DNA of 64,000 bases from Octopus vulgaris (taxonomy: Eukaryota), in the NCBI GenBank assembly GCA_951406725.2, contig OX597836.1, forward strand, positions 36,208,001 to 36,272,000, written 5' to 3'. A program made the translations under genes and the position numbers. Positions within the stretch are counted from its first letter, which is position 1. Every line of letters starts with the position of its first letter. The notes beneath the pieces are model-generated. The model saw only the letters and a program-made list of their open reading frames with translations, had not been told where the DNA came from and searched no databases. Of this stretch, positions 28,601-42,766 are shown piece after piece.

Positions 28601-29693
28601 GCATATATGGATACAGGACGTCAAGAAAACGTTGAACACCATGAGAAACGAAAACATAAAAACAAAAACATAGAAACAAACTTTTTTTTGAACAACGAAA
28701 AAAACAGAGAAATGAGACACGCAACATAAAGAATATTCCCCTTCTTCAGTTATCTCTGTTTCATCGTGTGTGAATGTGTGTATGTGTGTGTCGGTGTCTG
28801 CGTGTCTGCGTATACATGCATGCGCGTGTGCATATGTGCGTGATAGTGCGAATGAATATATATGTTTCGTGTGTGTGGGAAATTTTATGAAAGAGTAGAA
28901 GTTCCCATGCAGGCAATTTTCCCTTGGATGACAGCTCTTATGCCAGGTAAAGGTCACAACGTTTGGGCCAATGCAGCTTGGCCACAACATTTCGGCCAAT
29001 GACAGTACAGCTGCCAATGCACAAAAGTTCAAAGTAAATACGCGAAGACATTGAGAATAGCGCTTTAATTATTTTACCAAGCCACCACTCCAGATTGAGA
29101 CATTTTTATCACCGCAGATATGATGAGAGGCAAAGTTGACTCGGGTCGAATTATTTCAATATATACATTTCGCTGACACTTGGTGAAAAAGCAGAAGTGT
29201 TCAAACCAAAGCTCTAAGATTATAAGAACACTTTCTTCGCACGCCGAATATGCTACGTAATAACTGTCGAAGAACATCGACCAGTCGAAACAATGCGACT
29301 CGGACTGAATTCGTAATTTCATTTACTGATACATAAACTATGCCCCGGCACATCAGCAAATTGTATTCATTCTATTTCTGTGTAAATCATAGAACGGAAG
29401 ATTCTATCTGCTTTTCGTCTGATCCAAGCGCAGATAGTGACAAGCTGCAATAATGTTGAAATATCGGTATCTACCACACTCGGATTCAATCCAAGACAAA
29501 TTGTCCCGCCTAGTGTGTGAAAATTGGGTGTTCTTTAACTCTCAGCCTTGTGTAGCTATTCCTTAGTAAATTTGGTGTATGAAAAATACACATACAAAAC
29601 ATATGCTCGATCGATATTTACATTACTAGAGTTGATTTTAATTCCTTATAGGATACACACACAAACACATGTACACACTCACACACGCACATA

Positions 29694-29729
<36 letters not shown>

Positions 29730-29826
29730 TATTCATACATACCCACACACATACATAGAGGTATATGTACATACATACATACATATTCATACATACCCAC
29801 ACACATACATAGATGTATATATACAT

Positions 29827-29884
<58 letters not shown>

Positions 29885-30540
29885 AATGCTCATTTATGGA
29901 GACGATCGTAAATTCACTATTAATATGTATGCATTGAAACATGTACATACAAAGAATATAGCCACATATATATGCACCAGATAACCGGGAATAAGAGGGA
30001 AAAAAGCAAAGAAAATTTGTCATATTTTACACAGAGGATTAAAACATTTAATACGTAGGATTAGTTAATTTGATGCATGAAATTATAAAGGTTAAATATA
30101 CGATGATGATACGAGGTTAAATACATAACGACGATTTCCTAGTTTGGTTTTCATGAAATTGCAAATATCTTACACGTATATAAAACTATCAATAATGTAT
30201 ATGAGATACAAACAGTTCATGTATTGAATAAATTAGGTTAGCACAGCCATGATGTCTCTGATTGCTAGAGTCGACCCTTATTAGTTTCGTCAGAGACAAT
30301 CTTTGTATTTTATGTAAAAGACATGAATAAGGACAGTTAATCAATAATGAAATTAAGTTCGATTTTTGTTAAATATATAATAATGTAGAATATAGCGTTT
30401 GAAATATTCAACAAATAATTTGCTGTATTATACAATATTACGTAAAAGTATTGATTAAGCGGAAACATATTTGTTCGATTACTGGATCTGCCAATGGAGC
30501 AGCTAAATTTTCCTGCAATTAAACCCTACATTCTGAAAAG

Positions 30541-30845
30541 TGTGGATGCACATGGCCTAGTGGTTAGAGCAGCGGACTCGCGGTCGAGGGATCGTGGGTT
30601 CGAATCTCAGACCGGACGATGTGTGTGTTTATGAGCAAAACACCTAAGCTCCACGCAGCTACAGCAGAAGGTAATGGCGAATTTCTGCTGACTCTTTCGC
30701 CACAACTTTCTCTCACTCTTTCCTCCTGCATTTTGCAGCTCACCTGCGATGGATCGGCGTCCCGTCCAGATGGAGAACCTATACGTTAAGGAAACCGGGA
30801 AACCGGTCCTAATGAGCAAGGCATGGCTCGAAAAGAAACAAACAA
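30541..30845 (+). mobile_element. SINE group D, full length
   Basis: Head TGGCCTAGTGGTTAGAG / GGGTTCGAATCTC; V-domain-like CCTGCGATGGATCGGCGTCCCGTCCAG; TSD ATTCTGAAAAGTG. Confidence 0.85.
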
Positions 30846-31049
30846 TATTCTGAAAAGTGGAAGGACAATTTGAAAAGATACGTTCGCCTGTTTGGAAAAT
30901 ATTGGCGCTGTAATAACAGGAATGCGTTCAACCGTAAATCTGCCCCCACTATGGCTGACCTAAAGTGAAACGAAAACAAGAATGTCATACACGATAATGT
31001 AGCAGTTGAGATTTCCGTGTGGTTGAAAGCTACATGAGATTCAATACTT

Positions 31050-32260
31050 CACTGCATTATATAAGAAAAAAAGGTGATTAAAGGAAGAAAGATAGGTTAT
31101 TCTCTTCGACAGTAGTGTGCGAAGTAGACATCTACATATTTACCTACCAAAAGAAACTTAAATCAAGCTAAATTTTTTCTCACAAAACGAATATGAAAAC
31201 AAATCATATTTATATTCGCTGATAAATCAAGAATTAAGAAGTAGGATCTATAGACAATTTCAAAGTATATTATGCAAAACTAACATAGAAGGTTATCTTG
31301 AAACTCATTATTTAAATATCAAGGTAAATATATACTCATTAACAAACGTAAATGCTCAATTAAACCCCCAGTGTACTATTAAATCAATAAAGGGATCTTA
31401 TACTCAAATTGCGTATAACTGATCTTTATACTCGACACAATAACACACTTAACAATGCTCATTACTCTACTCTTCTAGCCTCTAATCTATAATTTGTATC
31501 CGTACATTTTTGTCTTCATTTTACATATCCGTTCTATTCTACGGTTTATGGTATGTTAAGCGTCTGCTATGCGTCTCTGAAATCAATTGGAATGGCTAAA
31601 TTGTCAGAATCACTTAATTTTTACTTTTGTTAGAGGATTTCCATTCATCTAGCCTGCAGAGTCATTTTCTCTAACTCTTAATTTCATAACCAATTTTCTT
31701 TCTTGTAGCATTACCTAACATCTGCTAATTACTACCTCACTCTCAGCCACCGCAAACTACCAACCAAATTATCTCATTATACATCTTATTCCAACGTTTC
31801 TTCTTCCATCCTTACATTTTGCTTTCTATTGAACCTATAAATATTTATAAAAACTCCATCACGAAACCATTTGCCAATATCCAGTGATGAAGATAAGACA
31901 AATTTGTATCACAGGTCACTAAATACCCGTACCAATCCATACGTCGAGCTCTTTCCATGATATACGTGGTTTTGCCTCATACAGGGTTACACAATCAGCT
32001 GTACTCGATTTGCCGAAACAGCTGTAAAACTAAGACTTGATTACATCTATGCAATATATACGCAAACTTACATATGTGCACATTCCATACACTTACTGTT
32101 GTGGATATGACTTTATGGCCTCCATACACCTTTAGCAAATATCTTTTCTTATTGACGGCATTTTACTTCCACATTATCTAACCCTGATGAAAGAGTTGTA
32201 CCTTCTTAGATTTGGGATTTCTTTGAACACTACCAGGTGATTATAGCACTCTTAATGTAC
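31050..32260 (+). mobile_element. Probable decayed Penelope-like element
   Basis: Two eroded HHR-like motifs (GTGATGA 31885 ... GAAACAGCTGTA 32015-32026; CTGATGA 32184) after a pyrimidine-rich stretch; no intact ORF. Confidence 0.35.
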
Positions 32261-32437
32261 AGCATTGTATAAGACATTATCTATGTATCGATCAGTCTAT
32301 TTATCTATCTATCCACCGATCGATCAACCATTCATTCATCCATCCATCCACCCACCTGCCTGTCTTTCTGTCTTTCTCTCTATACCTCTCTCTCTATATA
32401 TGTATATAGATACATATGTATATGGATATATTTATAC

Positions 32438-32486
<49 letters not shown>

Positions 32487-32554
32487 GTGAAATTTGATGT
32501 AGCATTTCTAAATTGATTTTTTTCCCTGTAAGTTTGGATTCATATTCCCTCAAA

Positions 32555-32620
<66 letters not shown>

Positions 32621-32949
32621 GTGTATATACATATTTATATATATTGTTTAATATGCAAACTGTTGCAATTTTCAGAAAAAAATCATGATAGAAAATAAAT
32701 TTTATCTATTCAAATGGAATTATAAAGAACATAGTCCCAAACCAATTGTAAAAGCACTCGGCCGCATGATATAATATATGGTGCCTGATATTTTAATTTC
32801 TAATTGCCATCGTATGTTTGACATTATTTCATTCAATGTTTAATACAATATATCATTTTATTATCTCTAGCAAATAAAATAAAATAATGAAGAATGCGCA
32901 CACAAGTGCAGCACATACACACACACACGTACATATGCATACATACATC

Positions 32950-33119
32950 TAAATATATATATAAATATATACATCTATATATAGATATATGTATACATAT
33001 ATATATATATGCATATACGTATGTGTATATATATATATATACACATATATATACATAAACGTATGTGTATATATATATATATATACATGTATATATATAT
33101 ATACATATATACAGATATA

Positions 33120-33213
<94 letters not shown>

Positions 33214-33225
33214 CATATATACATG

Positions 33226-33291
<66 letters not shown>

Positions 33292-33305
33292 TGTACATAT
33301 ATATA
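32950..33305. repeat. Imperfect (TA)n/(TACA) microsatellite
   Basis: Direct reading. Confidence 0.9.
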
Positions 33306-33784
33306 TATTTCAGTTATATTTCTCAGAGGACCATTGAAATCCCTACAATAAATTAAGTTTGTAACGCATCTAGTTTTTACCTCAATGGCAGTAATAGAAA
33401 ACATCTAAAAAAAAATAATAATAAACAAGTTTAAATCTAATGCATTATTTTAACATCAGGCATATTCATACTAATTTAATGCGACATTTTTCAAAACGAT
33501 GCGATTTATAAATGAATTTAACAAATCAAATCCGCCATTGGAGCTTCCTCCTCTGCTTTATGGTGTGTCGTCTATGAATTTAATTTGATATTTTGTAGCG
33601 TAAGGCCACATGTATATTATACACCGGCTCTTAATACAATATATCATAAGTATCTATTCTGTACACATTTATTAGTTTACTGAAGTACTTTTTCCATTAT
33701 TATTTATACGTCCAAAATTTAATTGTATATTTTACATTATCTAGAACATACATACATACATACATACATACATACATACATACA

Positions 33785-33855
<71 letters not shown>

Positions 33856-34258
33856 TCATTTAAATATAATTTTAGGTTACGATAAGAACTCATTATTTCA
33901 AGATGCTAATTATTTACGTGTGAACTTGGTTGTCATTTAATATAAAGGTTGACTACAATTAAGGGCACACCATTTGTAGCCCATGCTGGTGAAAAACACG
34001 GCACAATAATTTGTTTTACATCTGAGTCAATTGATTCATCCTTGATTATCAAAATATATGGAGTAACAACAGGAAGTCTATTATTAAAGGGGTGATCTAG
34101 GAAAAAAAGGACATATTAAGTAAAGTAACGATAGATACAGACGTTCTGATTAAATGACCAGACTGTCAGAGCTATAACAAATGCAAACATGGATCTGCTT
34201 TATGAAGCTAGACGTGCGGCCAGCAGGAAAGAATAATGTTGGCAACGGTGGACATTAG

Positions 34259-34580
34259 TTATCTATCTATCTATCTATCTGCTCAGTCGAAGTCGTCTCT
34301 TGGTTACTCGATGGATCAGTGTTCTCCAGCCAGTTCTATCCTGGGCCGCTTCTTTCAGATTGGCTATGTCCATTCCAGTATCACTCTTGATGGTGTCAAG
34401 CCAGCAGGTTCTTTGGCGGCCTCTTCCTCTCTTGCCACTGACCATTTCGAGCATGATGTCCTTCTCCAGGGATTTTCTCCGCATAATATGACCAAAATAT
34501 GCCAATCTATTCTTGGTGATCCTAGCTTCTAGTGACATTTTCGGCCTGATCTCCTTAAGAACTTCTCCATTAGTTATACC
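34259..34580 (-). mobile_element. 5'-truncated RTE-BovB-like LINE 3' end with (GATA)n tail
   Basis: Open frame ITNGEVLKEI..SLEARITKNRLAYFGHIMRRKSLEKDIMLEMVSGKRGRGRQRTCWLDTIK..DRTGWRTLIHRVTKRRLRLSR*, matching BovB-type YFGH.MRR..SLEK...GR.RGRQR..WLD. Confidence 0.9.
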
Positions 34581-35054
34581 GACGTTTTCAGTATCCAGAA
34601 GTTCTAAATCATGTAACTGTTCATAATATAAAACCAAAAACATTAATTTAGAGGGACCACATATCGAAATTAAATAACAAATCTCTCAAAATTCTTTAGT
34701 GAATGAAAAATAAACGTTCTATATTTGTGATGTTGCTTCGAGCTTTCTTCGGTATTACAAAACAGTCCAAAACATGCTTGTAGCAAAGATTACTACTTTG
34801 CTTATGATTGAAACGGGAAATAACGTTCAAAATATACACTCCAAAACGAAGGATAAAAGTTTACACCAATAGAGATATGTAAGACAATCACTGTGTGTGA
34901 TTTAAGTTTTTTTAATTTTTTTATGACAAAAACAATTTTCAAAGATTTGTTTGTTTTAAAATTGTATATACCTGCGATGAGCAGGCTACTACAAAACGGT
35001 ATACGATAAAAAGCATTCTACACTTGGATACAAACTTCTAGAATACCTATTCTT

Positions 35055-35190
<136 letters not shown>

Positions 35191-35547
35191 TGTCTGTCTG
35201 TCTCTCTCTCTCTCTGCAGATATATTTGAATGCACATATGTAATTATATTATTTTACAAGAATATGTAAATGTATATATTTATATATACTACCGACTCTA
35301 AGCGTGTTGTCAAATACCTAGTTGGAAGACCAACCTTCCGAGTTCTTTTACATGGCTTATAAAACAGAAGGTCCACTGCAACATTTGTGGGAATCTGAAA
35401 GGGGTTATATTGAAAAAAACATAAGAGATTCTCTTGTAGTTTCTTTTACTCAGCTCTCCTTCATGTGTGTGTGTGTGTGTACATATATATATAAAATAAT
35501 TAAGGTGGATAGATGCAATTCCTTTTTGGTTATATATGTATGTGTAT

Positions 35548-35584
<37 letters not shown>

Positions 35585-36932
35585 CATTTATTAAGACACA
35601 AACGTCTACATGAAAAAGAATAAGAAATATTAAAAAACAGTAATAAATACAATCAACCAGTCGAAAATAATTGATGTATCAGTATCCATAACATTTTATC
35701 TATCGATGATAAATTATCTATGTATGATATACAATATCTATAACATAATAAACATGGCCATAAGTTTTGATACTGTCTATCGATAATACCTATCATAATA
35801 GATATTCTATATCTATAATATACAGTATCTATAAAATCTATTTATAATATACAGGGTCTATGATATATTAAACACGCTTATATGTTATGAAACTTGTTCA
35901 TATTCTCCAACATGTGTCCAGAACAACCTTAGAAACGTATACATAGATAAACATCAAAACACATTAACAAATACACCAACAACAAGCACACAACACAGCT
36001 GTAATTATTAAGTTTAACGCCCATAAACTATCGTACAAAATCCTCTGAATTTCTTCACAAAGAAACCACTTCAAATGAAAGAAATTGGCTTCATCTAACA
36101 GACGCAGGTGGGCGCACAAATACAAACACATACACACACATATATAAATACACGAACACATAATATTTGCAAATAAACACAATGAAATTATCCTATATAT
36201 TGAGCTTCTAAAAATACATGAAAACAAAACATTTTAATATACCGCAACAAAGCAATTTAATATCCCACGGCCAAACCAATTTGGCGGAAATGAAATCTAG
36301 GAAGCAACCCGATACGGAAAGGAGCATCTCAAGAGTCTCGCTCATGTAACTTCAAATATATGTTATACAAATGAACAGTATCGATAAGTTGTGAACAGTT
36401 TCCTCCTGAATATTTCAGCTGCCTCAAACTCGAGTATCGAGATAAATATTAACATCAACTGACTGAATTAAAAGCAGCTCGAAGGATATAAATAACATCG
36501 AACATATATACACAGTGTGTTTTGCCTGTTCGTGGGTAGGCTGTGCTTATAGGCATAAGAGAATACATTCTCAGTACGTTTACTGTTAAAACACCTGGAA
36601 GACAGAGGCAAGTGAGATAACTCGCATCTGGTCCATGCAGGAGCTAGACATCGTTGTTTCGTTATATATATATATTAGAAAAAAACACATTTTGTCAGTT
36701 CAAAATGAACAATTAAATTACACCATCTAGACAATTACAAATAGTAGAAATATGAAAATTAAAATAACAATAAAATACCGACGATTAGGTAAATTGCAAA
36801 AAAGAAATAATAAAAACATAATAAAAACGTATATAATTGTATATAAACGTATATATATTGTGAAATTTGATTTAGTATTTCTAAATTGAATTTTTCCATG
36901 TAAGTTAGGATTAATATTCCCTCAAATAATAA

Positions 36933-36996
<64 letters not shown>

Positions 36997-37268
36997 CACA
37001 CACATACATACATATATATATATATACAGAGAGAGAGTGAAAGAAGAGAAAGAGAGGGAGGGTGAGAGAGCGTTTTACGGATTAATTTTGAAGATTTTTC
37101 TTTTTCTGAAAGATATTGATGTATCGGTGATCAGTCAACGGCGTTTGGAGAGCAATGCTTCCGGAAAGAGGCAGAAATGATTGTCAAAGACGTTCTAGGA
37201 CTTCAACAGAACGAATGTGTGGCAATCAAATTCCCATGATTATTATCTCATAGATCGCTATCTGCGTA

Positions 37269-37506
37269 ATACCTATTTCTTTACTACCCACAAGGGGCTA
37301 AACACAGAGGGGACAAACAAGGACAGACAAACGGATTAAGTCGATTATATCGACCCCAGTGCGTAACTGGTACTTAATTTATCGACCCCGAAAGGATGAA
37401 AGGCAAAGTCGACCTCGGCGGAATTTGAACTCAGAACGTAGCTGCAGGCGAATTACAGCAAAGCTTTGTGCCCGGTGTGCTAACGTTTCTGCCAGGTCGC
37501 CGCCTT
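37269..37506 (-). mobile_element. SINE group B
   Basis: Reverse complement of the group B text. Confidence 0.9.
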
Positions 37507-37591
37507 GATGCGATTACGTATGCAGGTAATGGTGCAAATAAACAAAGAAACAAATAAAAACTGCTTGGCCTAGATATACTTTATATTCATA

Positions 37592-38091
37592 CTAGCTGTA
37601 TCGCCCGGCGTTGCTCGGGTTTGTAAGGGAAATAACTACATAAGCATTTTTAGAGAGTTATAGCCCAAAAATAGCAAACAAATGCATTAAAAATGGAAAA
37701 AAAATTATGGTAAATTTTTTTTTAAATCGTTGACTCATCGTAGACATTTTTAGAGAGTTACCTCCCATATATAATAGCGAACAAAATGCATTAAAATGGG
37801 AAAAAAATGATGGTAATTTTTTTTTTAATCGTTGACTCATCGTAGACATTTTTAGAGAGATACTTCCCTTATATAATAGCGAAAAAAATGCCTTAAATGG
37901 AAAAAAAGATGGTAATTTTTTTTTTTTAATCGTAGACTCATCGTAGACGCGCGCTAATACTCAGACGGGCTCGATATGAATCACGACTATAAGATACCCG
38001 AATTTGGTTAAACTGCACCGCAAAATGTGGGAGGAGTTAGGAATCTAAATCGTAGGAGACAGACCCACAACTTCTCTTTCCTATATAAAGA
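37592..38091 (-). mobile_element. Non-autonomous Helitron (~500 bp) with internal ~110-bp tandem repeats x3
   Basis: Minus strand A|TCTTTATATAG 5' end, hairpin CCCGAGCAACGCCGGG, CTAG|T 3' end. Confidence 0.85.
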
Positions 38092-38486
38092 TATACGTGT
38101 AAATAAAGAAACATAAAGGATGAAAATATTCAGACCTTGAATGTTCATGTATAAATATATGGGTATTTGAATATATTAACAGAGCAAACTTACACAAAAT
38201 ACAAAGACGCAGAAACTATCTCTGTATTACCGTTTCGGCTGCACTGCCAAGATCGTGTTGGTTGCCAGGATCACAGCGAGGAAGATATGCATCAGATTCT
38301 AGAATTGTCTTCAGAGCAAGTACTTTAAATAAATTCTCTCCTAGTCATAATCTAGAACACGATTTAAAACAAATATTTTTGAAAGACTTTAGGTTTGAAT
38401 GAGATACTGTGTTTTCCTTTCCTTCTCTGTAAACACTCACATTTTCTCTCTTTCTCTCTCTCTCCCTCTCTCTCTCTTTCTCTGTC

Positions 38487-38536
<50 letters not shown>

Positions 38537-38592
38537 CGTGTTGTCTATATGGCGCATCACTGGATCTCATCTTGTATAGTTGAATACATACA

Positions 38593-38628
<36 letters not shown>

Positions 38629-39499
38629 TATACACATACTCACGTTCGTGTGTAAAAAAAGGAATATATTTTCATGTAATTATTAACTTTCAACAGGAAC
38701 GGTTACTTTAAGGCTTTTTCTTTTTATCTTCACTCAATAATTCAGTTAATAAATAATTTGTCTGATTTTGAGGAACAGAGAATAGTAAAATAGATTAGGC
38801 GTGAATAAAATTATCGAAGCGGGAGGAAATGAAATACGTGAATTATCTTCGGTTTTCTTAAAGAACTTCTTTACACAGAGCGTACGAGAGATAGAGAGAG
38901 ACACGCAAACAAACACATGCATATACACATATATAATGTACATCTGTATGTGTGTATATATATATAGGGTCGTATTTGTACAGTTATATTTATAAAGTAC
39001 TGGCATACATACTTATGCGAGTGTATATGTATTGGTGCGGATGCACGCTATATTTATATATGTATGTGCGTGCGTGTGTGCTTGCATGTGTGTTTACAAA
39101 TAAATATATAACGTGCGTGTATGTAAGCAAAAGAAAGCATATAACAAACAAAAGTAAACAAGAAACGGTATAAGTGCAAGGAACTTCATATTTGATATCT
39201 TTAGGTTCATCCTCATGAAAGGAATACAATTTATAGATTAAAAGATTATAGAATAAAGTTCTAACATTTCGAACGTATTTCTTTTTCGAATAATAGAATG
39301 ACCAGGAAAAACTAGGTAAGTAGGGAACAGCAGATGGAGCCAGGGAGAATACACATCGGTTAGGTATGTATCTGCAACATTTGGCAAACTGGAAGTTAGG
39401 AAGATAATTGTAATTTTATATGCGCGTGTCTTTGTGTATATATCTATCCATCGCTTCTCTTATATATCTCCGTCTACCTTGTTTTTGCCAAATACATAC

Positions 39500-39733
39500 C
39501 TATTTCTTTACTACCCACAAGGGGCTAAATACAGAGAGGACAAACAAGGACAGACAAACGGATTAGGTCGATTATATCGACCCCAGTGCGTAACTGGTAC
39601 TTATTTAATCGACCCCGAAAGGATGAAAGGCAAAGTCGACCTCGGCGGAATTTGAACCCAGAACCTAACGGCAGTCGAAATACCGCGAAGCATTTCGTCC
39701 CGCGTGCTAACGATTGTGCCAGCTCGCCGCCTT
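39500..39733 (-). mobile_element. SINE group B
   Basis: Reverse complement of the group B text; 20-bp TSD TTGCCAAATACATACCTATT. Confidence 0.92.
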
Positions 39734-40336
39734 GTTGCCAAATACATACCTATTAGTGGCGAGTGGCTATAGTGGAAGTAACTTGCCAAACTTAACGAGT
39801 TGGGGTATCGAACTCGAAACCACCTGGACGGAAACAAAAGTCTCCTTTATTATGCACTTATGCGAATGCTTGCATAGTGTACTATAACACTCTTAATATA
39901 TTTTCTATAAATACCAGCCGAATATTGAAAAGTACTGTCTTGAAATCAGATTTGATTTTCCAGTCGTTGTTAATTTATTTCCCGTATGAAAAATAAGAAA
40001 AACTAGGTGAAATGTGAACAGATCTGCAAACGACAGGTTTTCCCATGAGTAAATTGTAATTTCTTTCAACAAGGCACAATACCAAGGTTTCTAAAGGAGG
40101 TGAGAGCCGTTTGAAATTATATAATCTATATCTCTATTAACACGGAGGTGAGAAACGTTGTGAGTATTTGTTTAGTTGCAAGACCTCTGATGAATTTTAT
40201 TCGATTTGAGACAATCCTATATTTTATTCAGACGCACATTATTACGGCCAATAACATTTAATTAGAATATCCTGTGCTTCAGGAAAAAGAAATTTCCTGA
40301 ATTCTTTTGTTAATCGCTAAGTTATTTACTACTTAC

Positions 40337-40406
<70 letters not shown>

Positions 40407-40451
40407 ATGTATATATACATGCACACACACATATATATATAGAGAGAGAGA

Positions 40452-41239
40452 GACAACTTATAAACAACGGCAAAAGAAAATTATCCCTATCCCAATATGC
40501 TGATAACAGACTTTTAAATCGTCCGTTTCCACATATTATTATATACCCACTACAGAAATACGGTAGTGGGTAATATGTGGAACTTGACGATTTAAAAGAC
40601 TGTTATCAGCATATTGGCATAGGAATAATTTTCTTTTGCCCTTGTTTATAAGTTGTTTATAATTTTAACCTTTAAAGGTATTTTAATATGCTGCCATTTT
40701 TTTCTGTGAAAAAACATCATCCTGTATTAGTACTAGATTTATTATTATTCGCTATAGGGACTGGTAACCACAATAAGCTGTGGTGGAGACCAGTTCACAC
40801 GTGCGCTGAGGCTTACCAAAGGATTTTATATTTGCATCTATCTGGGGTATTTATATGTACTCATGATATTTGCTTCGGTTTTTTTTCCATGGACGCATGT
40901 AAGTATTTCATCTATTTCTATTCGTATTTTCTACTGACGAGGAAAAAATCTATTATGAGATTAATTCCGAAATTGATTCAATATAGAAATAACGAGCTTT
41001 TTAAAAAAATTCTGTTGGCTAGCTTTCCTCGATTTCAGCACAACGTATTTCTGTAGTGGGTATATAATAATATGTGGAAATTGATGATATAAAAGTCTGT
41101 TATCAGCATATTGGCATAGGAATAACTTTCTTTTGCCCGTGTTTATAAGTTTTTTTATAATTTTAACCTTTAAAGGTATTTTAATATGCTGCCACTTGTT
41201 GATGAAATTTTTTTCTATAAACAACTTCATCGTATATTA

Positions 41240-41242
<3 letters not shown>
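40452..41242 (+). mobile_element. Non-coding Penelope/retrozyme-like element: inverted partial copy plus ~1.35 tandem units of ~490 nt
   Basis: 40452-40562 is the reverse complement of ~41044-41152; 40563-40732 is repeated at 41053-41242; contains a canonical HHR. Confidence 0.75.
40922..40995 (+). ncRNA. Canonical type I hammerhead ribozyme (predicted cleavage after AUA at 40983)
   Basis: Stem I TTTCTA/TAGAAA extended by TCGT/ACGA; core CTGACGA 40934-40940; stem II GGAA/TTCC plus AATCT/AGATT; GAAA 40969-40972; stem III ATTG/CAAT; H17=A. Confidence 0.85.
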
Positions 41243-41275
<33 letters not shown>

Positions 41276-41544
41276 CAGCTGTAATACATTGGTTGCTTCT
41301 AATTCATCTTACTCTAACTCAATACTCTAAATGACCTGAGATACTCGTCTTACCTTGTTTTTTTTGGTTTTGTTCTCCTTTGTCCTCTATGTACCTGCTA
41401 ACTCGGAATTCTGCTACGGATCCCTAGCACCGGATTCAGTTGTAAACTTGGAACCTAATAGTTGACCAATTGTAGCACTTACACAGCGTACTTATTCGTT
41501 TAGAGCATCAGTGAACATGTGTGTGTGTGTGTGTTTACGTATAG

Positions 41545-41860
41545 GCGCTGGTGTGGCTGTAAGTTAAGAAGCTTGCGTCGCAACCACATGTTTTCGTCTT
41601 CAGTTGCATTCTGGGGCATCTTGGACCAACTAATGCTTTGTAAGTTGATTTGGGAGACGGCAACTGACAGAAGCCCGTTATCTCCCTCTCTCTTTCTCTG
41701 TGTATTTATGTGCATTTTTGTCAATGTTTGGCCCCCAAACCCGCCTGACAGGCGGTGTAGCAGTTCGTCATAAGAGACCGTAGAATAAGTAATAGGCTTA
41801 ACAAAGAAATATGTACTAGGTTCGATTCATTTGACTAACAATATTTCAAGGCCGTTCTCC
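41545..41860 (+). mobile_element. SINE group A, degenerate
   Basis: GGTGTGGCTGT..AAGAAGCTTGC..CAACCACATG and AAGAGACCG.AGAATAAGT segments. Confidence 0.6.
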
Positions 41861-41879
41861 ATCATATACTTATAGTTGG

Positions 41880-42060
41880 AATTTACAGAGCACGAAAGAC
41901 GAAGACAGGCGTGTAAACAACAAACAGGTGTATTCGCTGAACGCTTGGGAAGTGAGAAAGTTTTTTACGGTTCGAGTCTACGCTCTTCAACAGAAAGGAT
42001 CTCGAGAAAATAAACAGAGAGAGAACAAAAAAAGAAATATTTAGTAGCTAGCGATCAATT
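41880..42060 (-). mobile_element. Short Penelope-pLTR-like repeat with HHR-like motif (41963-41996)
   Basis: Minus strand TTT CTGTTGA AGAG cgtag ACTC GAACCGTA AAA; homologous to 62740-62865 and 16744-16870. Confidence 0.6.
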
Positions 42061-42096
42061 ATGGTGAATGCCGGAGGCGCGCGCACACACACAGAC

Positions 42097-42158
<62 letters not shown>

Positions 42159-42246
42159 GTTAATACAACAATATAATATATATTATTATTGATTTAGTAT
42201 ATAGGCGTGTGTGTACTTCATCGGATGGACATTGTATGCGAGTACG

Positions 42247-42292
<46 letters not shown>

Positions 42293-42297
<5 letters not shown>

Positions 42298-42597
42298 CCG
42301 TAACCGACCAGGCTATTAGATGTTGCTACACATCGATGGTCACAATGCGCTTTGCATTGTTTTAGCCTTCAAATGACACCACACTGCTGGCAAAGTGAGC
42401 AGGCCAACAGAAGAAAGAGTGAGAGAAAGATGCGGCGAAAGAGTACAGCAGGGATCGCCACCACCCCCTGCCGGAGCCTCGTAGAGCCTTAGGTGTTTTC
42501 GCTCAATAAACACTCACAACGCCCGGTCTGGGAACCAAACCCACGATCCTACGAACGCGAGTCCGCTGACCTAACCACTGGGCCATTGCGCCTCCAC
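42293..42597 (-). mobile_element. SINE with group C head and a third, unrelated 3' tail
   Basis: Matches group C up to CTTTCTCTCACTCTT, then TCTTCTGTTGGCCTGCTC...GCCTGGTCGGTTACGGTGATG. Confidence 0.8.
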
Positions 42598-42679
42598 ACA
42601 CACACAGACACAGACACATACACAGACACATACACACACACACACACACACATACACAGACACATACACAGACACATAA

Positions 42680-42766
<87 letters not shown>

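Noticed and set aside
28256-29032. 258-aa minus-strand ORF, the longest in the window
   Set aside because: It is stitched from microsatellites and a repeat fragment, with no recognisable domain.
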